DNA from: Candidatus Latescibacterota bacterium
GTDB lineage: Bacteria; Latescibacterota; UBA2968; UBA8231
Assembly (NCBI GenBank): GCA_965243025.1
Contig: CBDETY010000003.1
Location: forward strand, 4,352,001-4,416,000
DNA: 64,000 nt
Direction: 5' to 3'
In this document: positions 1 to 9,472 of the stretch, piece by piece
How positions within the stretch are numbered: the first letter of the stretch is position 1
Layout of the letters: each line of letters begins with the position of its first letter
Made by a program: the position numbers and the translations under genes
The notes under the pieces: model-generated
The model's input: only the letters and a program-made list of their open reading frames with translations
Databases searched by the model: none
Told to the model about the DNA's origin: nothing

Positions 1-1
1 C

Positions 2-1126
2 CACTTCCGGGCGGCGGGACGCCTCGCGAATGCACTCGCACAGCAGCGGGATGCCGTCGCGGATGTCCTCCAGGGAGGTGTAGCCGAAGGCGAGGCGGAT
101 GTTGGGCACTTCGACGTTGCGCACGTGGAAGCCGGCCCCGGCGGCGTACCGCACTCCCCGTTCGGCGGCGAGGTCGTTCAGCTTTTTCAGGTCGGTCCCA
201 TCGGGAAGCGTCACCCAGACGAACAGCCCCCCGACCGGACGCGACCACGTGCAGATGTCGCCGGCGCCGCGCTCCAGCTCCTCGAACAGGGCGTCCCGCT
301 TCTCCTTCAGGGCGGCGTTGGTGCGCGCGCAGTGCTCCCACAGCCGGCCGCGGAAGTACCCGGCTACGACCGCGGCGGCCAGCAGGCTGTTGCCCCCGTC
401 GTAGCGGCGGTCGAGAATGCGCCCGAGCAGCGGGGGCCGCGCGATGAAGTAGCCGAGGCGGACGCCGGGGCCGAAGATCTTCGACAGCGAGCAGATGTAG
501 ACCTGGTTGGGCCCGTCGTCGAGGGCGTACAGGGCCGGCTCCTTCTCCCCCTCGTAATGGACGTCGCCGTAGCAGTTGTCCTCGACGACGACGCAGTCGA
601 AACGCTGCGCCACCTCGAGGAGCTCGAGGCGGCGGGCGCGCGGCATCACCGAGCCGGTCGGGTTCTGGTAGGTGGCGAGAGTGTAGATGAACCGCGGCGG
701 CGTCCCTTGGTCGTGCAGGCGCCGGAGGGTCTCCTCGAGGGCGTCGACGCGCATGCCGTGCCGGTCGAGAGGCACCCCCACCATCTCGATGCCGAGGCGG
801 CGGTACACCGCGATTGTTCCGCTGTAGGTCAGCTCCTCGGTGACGGCGATGTCCTCCTTCCCCTTCATCAGGGCCTCGGCCACCAGGGTCACCGCCTGCA
901 TCGAGCCGTTGGTCAGGGCGATGCTTTCCGGGGTGACCTCGATTCCCTCGCGGTCGGATTCCCTTTGGGCCATCACTTCCCGCAGCCCGTCGTGGCCGAG
1001 GTCCCCCGGGTAGCGGACGAAGGCCTCGCCGACCTCCTGTATCGCCGACGCTGCCGCCCCGGCCAGCGCCTCGACCGGGAACGTCGCCGGATTGGTGCAG
1101 CCACTGCCGAATTCGTACTCGCGCAT
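2..1126 (-). CDS. PLP-dependent aminotransferase, class I/II (MocR-like effector domain only); stop lies just outside the left edge
   Basis: Own translation from ATG at 1126: MREYEFGSG...TNGSMQA...YQNPTG...VEDNCYGD...SLSKIFGPGVRLGY (PLP lysine motif). Absent from the ORF track because it runs off the window. Confidence 0.85.
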   Translation of the reverse strand, partial: MREYEFGSGCTNPATFPVEALAGAAASAIQEVGEAFVRYPGDLGHDGLREVMAQRESDREGIEVTPESIALTNGSMQAVTLVAEALMKGKEDIAVTEELTYSGTIAVYRRLGIEMVGVPLDRHGMRVDALEETLRRLHDQGTPPRFIYTLATYQNPTGSVMPRARRLELLEVAQRFDCVVVEDNCYGDVHYEGEKEPALYALDDGPNQVYICSLSKIFGPGVRLGYFIARPPLLGRILDRRYDGGNSLLAAAVVAGYFRGRLWEHCARTNAALKEKRDALFEELERGAGDICTWSRPVGGLFVWVTLPDGTDLKKLNDLAAERGVRYAAGAGFHVRNVEVPNIRLAFGYTSLEDIRDGIPLLCECIREASRRPEV

Positions 1127-1194
1127 CTTCCTTCTCTCTCCTTTTCAGCCCGTTGAAACAGTCCATCCGGACTGCGGCCGGCCCTTGCGGGCGG

Positions 1195-2202
1195 CTATGG
1201 GGAAACTCGCTTCAGTCCCGGGTTCTCCGTTATCCCCGGCACGCGGCCTAGCTTGGCGACCGGGCGGCCCTCCACCTCCTTGAGGTCCATGGTGAAGTCG
1301 ACGGCCGGGGCGGCGCTGACGGCGCTGCCGACCCCGAAAGCGTCGACCGGGGCGCCGGCCTCGACGAAATATCGGATGCGCCGGGCGTCGATGCCGCCCG
1401 AGACGACGATCCTGACGTTCCGGTGCCCCGCTTCGTCCAGGCGCCGGCGGGTCTCGCCGACCAGCTCGGCGGTGACTCCGCCCCTTTCGCTCGCCGTGTC
1501 GAGGCGCACCCCCCGGAGCCGCTCCTTCAGCGCTGCCGCCACCCGCACGCTCTCCTCGGGCTCGGGGAGGAAGGTGTCGACGAGGGCGATGCGGTCGACG
1601 TCCGCCTCGATCACCCGGTCGAACATCCGCGTCGCTTCCAGGGTGTCGCCGACAACGAGGATCAGGGCGTGCGGCAGGGTGCCGCTCGGCTGCCTGCCGG
1701 CCAGCCGGGCCCCGGCCGTGGTCGCGCAGCCGCTGAAGCCGCCGACGCAGGCGGCGTATTCCATGCGGCTGCTGACGTCGGGATGCAGGTGGCGGGCCCC
1801 GAAGCCCATCACCGGGATGCCGGCGGCGGCCTCGACGCATTCAGCCGCCGCGGTCGCCCAGCCGGTGCCGCTGCTGAGCATTCCCAGCAGGGCGGTTTCG
1901 TAGAGGCAGAACCGGCGGTACGGGGCGCGCACCCGGAGAACCACCTCCTTCGGCCCGAAGCGGCTGCCCTCCTCCAGGCTCCAGACCTCCCCTTCACCGG
2001 CCAGGGCCTCCCGCAGCAGGGCGTGCACCTCGCGCATGCCGCACAACAGGGCGCCCCGGCGCGCGAACACCTCCGCCGCCACCACGGGGTCGAGGCCTTC
2101 GGCGTCGAGGATGCGGGCGGTGCGCCTGAAGTAGACGTCGGCGTTCTCCCCCTCCAGCGTCGCCGCGCTCGGCGCGAACAGCTGCTGCGGGACGGGCTGC
2201 AC
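1195..2202 (-). CDS. pncB: Nicotinate phosphoribosyltransferase (short QPRTase-like type)
   Basis: ADVYF, FGARHLHP, PSGTLPHAL, GVRLDT, VSGG and FGVGS motifs; directly downstream of a nicotinamidase-like gene. Confidence 0.8.
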   Translation of the reverse strand: MQPVPQQLFAPSAATLEGENADVYFRRTARILDAEGLDPVVAAEVFARRGALLCGMREVHALLREALAGEGEVWSLEEGSRFGPKEVVLRVRAPYRRFCLYETALLGMLSSGTGWATAAAECVEAAAGIPVMGFGARHLHPDVSSRMEYAACVGGFSGCATTAGARLAGRQPSGTLPHALILVVGDTLEATRMFDRVIEADVDRIALVDTFLPEPEESVRVAAALKERLRGVRLDTASERGGVTAELVGETRRRLDEAGHRNVRIVVSGGIDARRIRYFVEAGAPVDAFGVGSAVSAAPAVDFTMDLKEVEGRPVAKLGRVPGITENPGLKRVSP

Positions 2203-2208
2203 GCTGTT

Positions 2209-2739
2209 TCAGCCGCGGTTGGTGATGCGGGCCCCGAGGATCTTCTCCATGTGCCCGAGGGCCCACTCGTGCTGCTCCGGGTCGAAGCTGGCGACGCAGT
2301 CGGCGGGAACCTCCACCTTGTAGTCGCGGTTGCGCAGTCCGGAAACGGTGTGCAGCACGCAGATGTCGGTGCAATCCCCCATGACGACGACCTCCTCCGG
2401 CTTCAGCTCTTGCAGCTGCGCCGCCAGGTCGGTCTCGAAGAAGGCGGAGTAGCGGCGCTTGCGGACGATGCGGGCGCCGGCCGCCAGGTCGGCCAGCTCG
2501 GGGATGATCTCCTCCTCGCCGGAGCCCTCGACGCAGTGGGGGGGAAACATCTCGAACTCGGCGTCGTCGGGGGCGTGGGTGTCCCTGGTGAAAAAGACTG
2601 CGGCGCCCTCCGCTTTTTCCCGCTCCACGCGGGCGCGCAGGGGGGAGATGATTTCGCGGGCCCCGTCGCCGCAGTAGAGCGTGCCGCCGGGAGTCATGAA
2701 GCCGTTCTGCATGTCGACAACGATTACAGCTCTGGCCAT
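2209..2739 (-). CDS. pncA: Isochorismatase-family cysteine hydrolase, probable nicotinamidase
   Basis: VVDMQNGF, DTH, FPPHC, KRRYSAFF and TDICV motifs; 6 bp from pncB. Confidence 0.75.
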   Translation of the reverse strand: MARAVIVVDMQNGFMTPGGTLYCGDGAREIISPLRARVEREKAEGAAVFFTRDTHAPDDAEFEMFPPHCVEGSGEEEIIPELADLAAGARIVRKRRYSAFFETDLAAQLQELKPEEVVVMGDCTDICVLHTVSGLRNRDYKVEVPADCVASFDPEQHEWALGHMEKILGARITNRG

Positions 2740-2807
2740 ATGCCCACCTCCGTGAATCCGTGGTCGGCCCGGGTATCAGCGAGAATATATGGGAGCCGGA
2801 AAGTCGC

Positions 2808-3071
2808 GGCCCGGTTCACCCGTGCAGGATCGCGTGCCCCTTGCCGAAAAACCACGTCAGATCGATCCCGTACGAGATGCCGACGCCGGGGCGTCGAAGG
2901 CCCCGGTTCATCCGTGCAGGATCGCGTGCCCCTTGCCGAAAAACCAGGTCAGATCGATCCCGTACGAGATGCCGACGCCGGGGCGTCAAAGGCCCCGGTT
3001 CATCCGTGCAGGATCGCGTGCCCCTTGCCGAAAAACCAGGTCAGATCGATCCCGTACGAGATGCCGACGCC
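2808..3071. repeat. Three tandem 92-bp copies of the 3' end of the 3000-4973 gene
   Basis: The stop triplet (tca on +) recurs at 2816, 2908 and 3000; copies differ at only a few positions. Confidence 0.95.
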
Positions 3072-4973
3072 CAGGTAGAAGCCGACGATCAGGCCGATGA
3101 AGAAGGGGCGCAGGTCCCGGTACAGTGTGATCCCCCCCGTTCTCATGATGACCACCTTGCAGGCCCAGGCGATGAACACCCCGGTCCAGATCAGCCTCAT
3201 GTTCCAGAGCGAGGCCATGGTCAGGCCGACCGGGTGCAGCGGCCACCAGGAAAACCTGTACTGGCAGACCGAAAGGACCGAGTACACAAGGGCGCCCGCT
3301 CCGAACAGGGAGAGCTTCGTCCAGTCGGTGGTCTCCGGGTTGCCGAGACGGCGGGTCACCTCGTCGAAGGCGCGGCCCCCGGCCCCTGCCCCGGGGTCGA
3401 AGAACCAGGAGCGGAAGTTGCCGGCCCCGTGCTTGTAGCAGATGACCAGCACGAAGTAGATGCTCACGACGAACCCGACGACAACGGCGATGGCGATGGC
3501 GATCGCCAGCCGCCGCTGGTGGCGTCCGAGCTCGTTGAGGCGGGCCCCGTGGGCCGCCGCGGTCATGAAGATCGACTGGATGTCGCTGGCCCAGGAGTAC
3601 GACAGGGCGATCCCGACCAGGGCGTGGGGGTTGACGTCGGTCCCGGTGATCGCCGTGGTCAGCGCCTGGGGACTGAAGGTCGCGGTGATGTAGAGCACCC
3701 CCGACTGTATCGCCAGGCGGGTTATGCCGATGTAGACGATCATCACCGAGGCGAGCAGCAGCACGGCGATGTGGAGATCGATCCCCGACTTCCAGAACCA
3801 TGCCAGGATGTACACGGCAGCGGCGATGCCCCCGATCACGGCGAGGCGGTAGGAGCACATCTCCCGGGAGTCGTCGAGCTCGCCGGTGCGCCCGAAGACC
3901 GAGCCCAGCACCGCGCGCAGGTGCCTGCGCGCCATCCAGAACCCCCAGACCACCATCGCCGCGAAGGCGCCGCCGCACTGCCAGGACAACGCCTGCGTCG
4001 GGCTGTAGATGTAGGCGTCGGGGGTGACCGTCAGACCGGCCCAGTTGGCGACCGCGGCCTCGGCGGTCAGCAGGAAATAGAAGAACCAGACGCTGAAGGA
4101 AATCGGCGTGGCGATCAGGTAGACGAAGCCGATTACCGGGAAGTACATGCGCACGAGGATGTCCGGCGCTCCCGGAAACAGCGGGAAGGAGATGCCGCGG
4201 TGGACGTCGAGCCGCGGAAAGCCGGGGTGCCAGAAGCTGATGGTGTTGAAGAGGATGACCCCGAGCGGCACGGCGCAGCCGATCCAGAAGGCGCGGGAGT
4301 TGAGGATGGGGGGCAGGCTGCGGCCCGGCTGGTCCTCGGCGAGCAGGCGCGGCACCTCGGTCACGGGAAACACCAGGCGCTCGTTGTCGACCCACTGCCG
4401 GCGCATGACGACGACGACGCAGAAGCAGAGGAAGTAGACCGCGAAGATGATGCTCAGCCACCATGCAAGCGGTCCCAGCCAGGCATCGAACGGCACCGGC
4501 ATGCCGCGCGGGGAGCCCTCGTAGAAGTAGCGCATGGCGTCGTTGTCGGGGCTGGGGATGATCCACTCCGGCAGGTACGGCTGCAGGTACACCGCCCACT
4601 GGTTTTCGGGGGTGGCCCCGTAGTACGGCTTGGAGGGAATCGACATCAGCAGGCCGACGATGAAAATCGGGATGCCGCTCGTGACCAGGCCCATGGTTAC
4701 GATGGTGATCAGCTCGGGCGTACGCAGCGCCCAGGAGCGTTTCAGCTTCCTGACGAGGCCGTTGGCGAGAACGATGACGATGAAGGAGAAGCCGACGCTG
4801 ACCGGGAAGAACGACCAGGTGATCTCCGAGGAGCCGACCATCCAGATGGAAGTGGGAGCCCCGATGCAGATGAGGAGCACGACGCAGAGCCCGAGAATCG
4901 CCGAGCGGAGCGTCAGGCCGGAGCGGATACCGGGCGGGGGTGCAGCCATACAACGGAAGGAGACGTTGTCCAT
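3000..4973 (-). CDS. Polytopic membrane protein, DUF6785/DUF6784-like (possible transporter)
   Basis: 657 aa, many TM segments, QWVDNERLVFP and WWPLHPVG...PFFIGLIVG motifs. Confidence 0.7.
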   Translation of the reverse strand: MDNVSFRCMAAPPPGIRSGLTLRSAILGLCVVLLICIGAPTSIWMVGSSEITWSFFPVSVGFSFIVIVLANGLVRKLKRSWALRTPELITIVTMGLVTSGIPIFIVGLLMSIPSKPYYGATPENQWAVYLQPYLPEWIIPSPDNDAMRYFYEGSPRGMPVPFDAWLGPLAWWLSIIFAVYFLCFCVVVVMRRQWVDNERLVFPVTEVPRLLAEDQPGRSLPPILNSRAFWIGCAVPLGVILFNTISFWHPGFPRLDVHRGISFPLFPGAPDILVRMYFPVIGFVYLIATPISFSVWFFYFLLTAEAAVANWAGLTVTPDAYIYSPTQALSWQCGGAFAAMVVWGFWMARRHLRAVLGSVFGRTGELDDSREMCSYRLAVIGGIAAAVYILAWFWKSGIDLHIAVLLLASVMIVYIGITRLAIQSGVLYITATFSPQALTTAITGTDVNPHALVGIALSYSWASDIQSIFMTAAAHGARLNELGRHQRRLAIAIAIAVVVGFVVSIYFVLVICYKHGAGNFRSWFFDPGAGAGGRAFDEVTRRLGNPETTDWTKLSLFGAGALVYSVLSVCQYRFSWWPLHPVGLTMASLWNMRLIWTGVFIAWACKVVIMRTGGITLYRDLRPFFIGLIVGFYLGVGISYGIDLTWFFGKGHAILHG

Positions 4974-4983
4974 GCCGGGGACT

Positions 4984-5805
4984 TCAGGGAATCCTCAACG
5001 AGGCCCCCGTACCGGCGTACATATCTGCCGCCGACTCGTTCAGCCCGACCCCTGCCCGGATATCCCACTGGAAATCCTCCGCCAGAAGCCGGGTGAGCCC
5101 GCCGTTGGCGTAGTGCTCGGTCCTGGGATCCCCCGGTTCCCGGTGGAAGAACGCGTACCACTCCGCGTAGAGACCGGTGCGGGCGCCAACGGCCAGCCCG
5201 GCTGCAAGCGACTGGGCCCACTCCGGATAGCCGCCCCCCGAGCCTCCCGCTGCCCGGTTCAACTGCGTGCTGCCGGCCAGGGAGACCTCCCCGGTGACGT
5301 CCCAGCTGTAGGTGAGGTTCACCCCGGGCAGGGTCAGGTCGCTGGTGAAGGCATCGCTTCCGGTGGGCAGCGTCATCTGCGGGATGAGAGCCGCCGCCGG
5401 ACGGACGCCCTCCTGTTCCATGAGAGCCAGCTTCAGGCCGAGGTAGAGATCCTCCATGCCGGTCTCGCCAGGACCCCCGTCCACCCCGGTGCGCTCCACT
5501 ACCGGGCTCACGCCAAGCCGGAGCTCCAGCCAGTCCGCCAGCAAGCCGGCGCGAAGGAGAGGCTCTCCGAGGGAATGGGCCCAGCCCCCCTCGTCGCCCG
5601 GCCGGTCGTACTCGAGCGTGTAGCCGAACTCGATCTGCACGACGCCCCGGCCGACGGTCACCGTCGCCTCGGTGAAATCCGGGCGGTCCCCGACCAGGGG
5701 CCCCGGCTGCCCCTGCGCCCCCTCCACGGCAGCCAACCCCATTCCGCCGACCAGCAACAGCCATCCACCCGCTGTAATGCATTTCGTCCTTCTTGTTCTG
5801 TTCAT
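4984..5805 (-). CDS. Outer-membrane beta-barrel 'transporter' family protein (Phenol_MetA_deg-like)
   Basis: Signal peptide, DRPDFTE...QIEFGY N-terminal motif, alternating beta-strands. Confidence 0.7.
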   Translation of the reverse strand: MNRTRRTKCITAGGWLLLVGGMGLAAVEGAQGQPGPLVGDRPDFTEATVTVGRGVVQIEFGYTLEYDRPGDEGGWAHSLGEPLLRAGLLADWLELRLGVSPVVERTGVDGGPGETGMEDLYLGLKLALMEQEGVRPAAALIPQMTLPTGSDAFTSDLTLPGVNLTYSWDVTGEVSLAGSTQLNRAAGGSGGGYPEWAQSLAAGLAVGARTGLYAEWYAFFHREPGDPRTEHYANGGLTRLLAEDFQWDIRAGVGLNESAADMYAGTGASLRIP

Positions 5806-5874
5806 TTCATCCCTTGTGATAGGTTTCGCCCTGGCGTCCCGGCCGTCTCCTCCCTGCGGGCCACGCGCGGGGTG

Positions 5875-6588
5875 TCAGATCCACTCGCCCCGCTGCCGCG
5901 CCCGGTTGATCAGGATTCGCTGCTTGTCGTTCTCGTTGAGGCAGGGCTCGAACTTTTCAAGGAACTCCGCCAACTTCTCCTCCGGAGTACCCTCCGTCGT
6001 ATCGATGCTGATCTTGTTGCGAATGGCCGAGCGCTCGAACTCGGTCTCGAATTCCCTCATTACCCGCTCGATATCCGCTTCCTTCAGGACCCCGTTGGGG
6101 TGCGGGTTCTCCTTCATTCTGCCCGCGATCGTCTCCGCGGATGCCCTGACCAGAACCAGGGTCATGTCGGGCGCCAGTTCCACGATGCTCTTCTCGAAAT
6201 GACCGAGAACGGCCTGACGGGCCCAGGCCCGTTCGCCCACGTAGTAATCGAAATACAGCTGCCCGTAGACGGCGTTCTCGATGTGGAGGCCGATGGCGAC
6301 GTAGTCCGGGTTGCGGAGGGCCCCGGGGGCGGTGTGATAGGCGAGGCTGTGGCGCTGCATCATCTCCTTGACCTTGGGGGGAAGGGCAAGGATCTGCTCC
6401 TGCTCCCCGGGGGTTAACAGGTTCTCGTCGTCGAGCCCGGGATGCCCGCTTATGTGGGGAATCTTCCAGTGGTCGTGGATCATCCTCAGGCCGTTGCCCT
6501 CACCCATGACCTCGCGGCTCCAGCGCTGAAGCCCGACGGCGAGTGTGGTGGTGCCCGCGTACTCGCAGCCAATCAGGATCGCTCTCAT
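5875..6588 (-). CDS. Hypothetical nucleotide-kinase-fold protein with an atypical P-loop
   Basis: ATG at 6588 after GGAAAAG; GCEYAGTTT and PDMTLVLVRAS..I..R resemble the thymidylate-kinase fold. Confidence 0.65.
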   Translation of the reverse strand: MRAILIGCEYAGTTTLAVGLQRWSREVMGEGNGLRMIHDHWKIPHISGHPGLDDENLLTPGEQEQILALPPKVKEMMQRHSLAYHTAPGALRNPDYVAIGLHIENAVYGQLYFDYYVGERAWARQAVLGHFEKSIVELAPDMTLVLVRASAETIAGRMKENPHPNGVLKEADIERVMREFETEFERSAIRNKISIDTTEGTPEEKLAEFLEKFEPCLNENDKQRILINRARQRGEWI

Positions 6589-6811
6589 CTTTTCCTTTCG
6601 CGGATCGGTCGGTTCGTCCGCCGTCGCAGCGGACTGTTCGGGGTTGCCTCCGGGAGGAGGTTGACAATTTCGCGCAACCAACGCCATATGGTAGAGGGTT
6701 CGCGGCGAAAATAACTCCGGCCGCACAGCCCCGGGCAGCTTATCCCCTGGGAAATGCTGTCCATTTCCGAGGAGGGACCGGACCCTCCGTGCAATCTGGA
6801 GAGGAGATACC

Positions 6812-7411
6812 ATGCGCGTAGCGGTAATCGGTGCGGACCGGCCCTGGGGTGCGCTGCTGGCAGCCGGGTTGGGTTCCGGCTTCGAAGTGGCGGCGATCGG
6901 CGGGGAAGAGACCAGCGGCCTGGCCGGCTACCGGCAGGCCGACCTGCTCCAGCGCGAGTCGCTGGACCCGGCCCTGGCCGGCGCCGAAGCGATCATTCAC
7001 GCGGCCGCCAGCGAACCGGCCGGCGACGACGGACAGGCCCTGCTCGACTCGGCGGCTCGGGGCACCTACGTGGCGCTGACGGCCGCCTGCGCCGCCGGCA
7101 TCGGGAAAGCGGTGCTGCTGAGTCGTCTCGACCTGGTGCGGGATTACCCGGAAGAATTCCTGGTCGATCCGCAGTGGAACGCACTTCCGCGGGCCGAGGC
7201 CGGGTCGCTGGCCCCGCATATGGCCGAGCTGGTCGGCCGCGAGATCGCCCGCACCGGCCGGATCGAGGTGCGCTGTCTGCGCCTGGGGGATCTCGGCACG
7301 GAAACCACGGCCGAGGACGCCGTTGCGGCAGTGGGTCAGGCCCTTTCCTCCGAACGGAAAGGCCATCACTGGTCGCTGGAGCACGTGGCGTCCAGCGGGC
7401 GCTTCGCCTGA
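6812..7411 (+). CDS. Short NAD-dependent epimerase/dehydratase-like protein lacking YxxxK
   Basis: Rossmann start VAVIGA, AIIHAA, GTYVAL..A..AGI; RBS GGAG. Confidence 0.7.
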   Translation: MRVAVIGADRPWGALLAAGLGSGFEVAAIGGEETSGLAGYRQADLLQRESLDPALAGAEAIIHAAASEPAGDDGQALLDSAARGTYVALTAACAAGIGKAVLLSRLDLVRDYPEEFLVDPQWNALPRAEAGSLAPHMAELVGREIARTGRIEVRCLRLGDLGTETTAEDAVAAVGQALSSERKGHHWSLEHVASSGRFA

Positions 7412-7424
7412 GAGGAATGGGACC

Positions 7425-8222
7425 ATGGCAACTGTGAACGAAGGAAAAGTGGTGTTGTTCGGGGCGGGGGGTCCGGTCGGGGCCGCGGCGATCGCGGCGC
7501 TGAAAGGGCATTACACGTTGCGGGTGACCGACCTCCGGCCGATGGCGGAGATCGCCGCCTCGCCGCCGCAGAGCCCCAGGGCGCCGGTCCCGGAGGTGTT
7601 GGGTCCGCCGCACGAAAACCGGGTCGTCGACATCACCGACTGCGAGCAGGTGCTGGCAGCCTGCGAGGGAATGGATGCGGCGATCAATGTGTCCGTCATC
7701 CGGCCGCACCCGGTGCTCGCCTTCCAGGTCAACATGGTCGGCGCCTACAACGTGGCCAAGGCCTGCGTCGCCTGCGGGGTAAGGAGGCTGATCCACACCG
7801 GGCCTTTCCACACGTCCCTCGGACACGACGCCGACTACTGGAACGACTTCCAGGTGGAAGCCGACATCCCGCTGCACCCGGGCGGCGATCTCTATGCGCT
7901 GAGCAAGTATCTCGGGGGACACGTCACGCGCGTCTTCGCCGAGCGCGAAGGCCTCGAGGTGCTCTCCTTCATCTATACGCACTTCCGCCCCGGGGAAGTC
8001 CTGCCCGAAGAACGAGGGAGCGGCGTGTATCCCTACACGACCTCGTGGGAGGATACCGGGGAGGCGTTCCTGTACGGGTTGCGGGCGCCGGAGATGCCGT
8101 CGCCGTACGAGAATTTCTTCATCTGCGCGCGACTTCCCCACGACAAGTACCGGCCCGACAAGGCCGGGCGGCTCCTGGGATGGGAGGCCAAGGACCGGTT
8201 CGAAGCTCTGTACCGCCGCTGA
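7425..8222 (+). CDS. NAD(P)-dependent epimerase/dehydrogenase (uronate-dehydrogenase-like extended SDR)
   Basis: GAGGPVG, VNMVGAYNV, YALSK catalytic motif. Confidence 0.8.
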   Translation: MATVNEGKVVLFGAGGPVGAAAIAALKGHYTLRVTDLRPMAEIAASPPQSPRAPVPEVLGPPHENRVVDITDCEQVLAACEGMDAAINVSVIRPHPVLAFQVNMVGAYNVAKACVACGVRRLIHTGPFHTSLGHDADYWNDFQVEADIPLHPGGDLYALSKYLGGHVTRVFAEREGLEVLSFIYTHFRPGEVLPEERGSGVYPYTTSWEDTGEAFLYGLRAPEMPSPYENFFICARLPHDKYRPDKAGRLLGWEAKDRFEALYRR

Positions 8223-8330
8223 TCCGGCTCCGCAGCAGACAGGTCAGCGCACCGGCTTCCCCACCGGGGTGTGACGTCTCCTGCCGACCCCACTCCTGCC
8301 TGCCTGAGATACAGCAGCCGCGTCCAGCCC

Positions 8331-8414
8331 TCACACTGAACTACCTGGGTCGACGTGAACCCTCGCCATGGGATCGGCGTCGGCCGGGTTGGCTTGCCTG
8401 ATCCGTATCTCCAT
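8331..8414 (-). pseudogene. N-terminal remnant of a GNAT acetyltransferase
   Basis: MEIRIRQANPADADPMARVHVD is a typical GNAT start; the ORF stops 5 codons later. Confidence 0.5.
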
Positions 8415-8510
8415 ACTTTTCTCCAGCTGCCGGGACCCGCCACCGGATCCTCCGAAGAGGAAACCCGGGGGCCGTCGAAACGGCCGCATACGGCACTTGA
8501 AAGTCAGGTA

Positions 8511-9374
8511 ATGACGCAACTCACTTCAAACGGCATTCCCCTGGACATGTCGCCCCATGCATTCGGTGAGCTGCGCGAATCGAACGCCCTGCTCGACGAC
8601 ATGCCCGCCCTGAGGGAGCGAATGGCGGACGACGGCTACCTGCTGCTCCGAAACTTCCTGAACCGTGAGTGGGTCATGGAGGCACGGAAAGCCGTTCTCG
8701 AAGTGTTGGCCGAACACGAGATGGTCGACCGAAGATTCCCCCTCATGGAAGGACGGGCGGCTGTCGGCGATCAGGAAGAGTTCCTTTCCGCGATCAGCAG
8801 CCATTCCGAGTTGGGGAAGCTTCCCGCGGTCCGCAGGCTGGTGCACTCCGGCCGCATGCTCGAGTTCTTCGCCGCACTCCTCGGCGGTCAGGTGAGGTCG
8901 TTCGATTTCGTCTGGATGCGAGTCATGGGACCCGGCAGATCGAGTGCGCCGCACTACGACATCGTGTTCATGGGGCGGGGTACCGTGAACCTGTACACCT
9001 CGTGGACGCCCCTGGGGGACGTTACATTCAGTGACGGGGCCCTGATGCTGCTGGAAAACTCCCATCGTCTGGAAGAGGTGAAAGCAACCTACGGGCGGAT
9101 GGACGTCGACAAAGAAGGCAACTGGAAAAGGACAGGAGGGGTTTACGGCAAGGACCCCGCCGCGATTCGGAGGAACCTGAGATTGCGCTGGCTGACGACG
9201 GACTACCGGGCCGGGGATCTGCTGGTGTTCAGCATGTACACCATGCACTGCTCGCTCGACAACACTTCGGACCGGATCCGGCTCTCTTCCGACACGCGCT
9301 ACCAGTTGGCATCCGAACCGGTGGACGAGCGTTGGATCGGGGAGAATCCGATCGCCCATTCGTTGAAGGAGTGA
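8511..9374 (+). CDS. Phytanoyl-CoA dioxygenase (PhyH) family Fe(II)/2OG enzyme
   Basis: DGYLLLRN, HYD, WTPLGD, GDLLVF..YTMH and R.SSDTRYQ. Confidence 0.85.
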   Translation: MTQLTSNGIPLDMSPHAFGELRESNALLDDMPALRERMADDGYLLLRNFLNREWVMEARKAVLEVLAEHEMVDRRFPLMEGRAAVGDQEEFLSAISSHSELGKLPAVRRLVHSGRMLEFFAALLGGQVRSFDFVWMRVMGPGRSSAPHYDIVFMGRGTVNLYTSWTPLGDVTFSDGALMLLENSHRLEEVKATYGRMDVDKEGNWKRTGGVYGKDPAAIRRNLRLRWLTTDYRAGDLLVFSMYTMHCSLDNTSDRIRLSSDTRYQLASEPVDERWIGENPIAHSLKE

Positions 9375-9472
9375 GGAAAATCACGGACCTGACCCGCTGC
9401 ATCCCACTCAGCCCCGCTGACCGTGGCGGGAACCGCGCGGCACCTGCAGATCCCCGTTCCACCCTCTGGACC

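Noticed and set aside
2808-3071. CRISPR array
   Set aside because: The units are contiguous copies of coding sequence with no unique spacers, and no cas genes are present
6661-6697. Sigma70 promoter (TTGACA at 6661)
   Set aside because: No convincing -10 hexamer at 16-18 bp spacing
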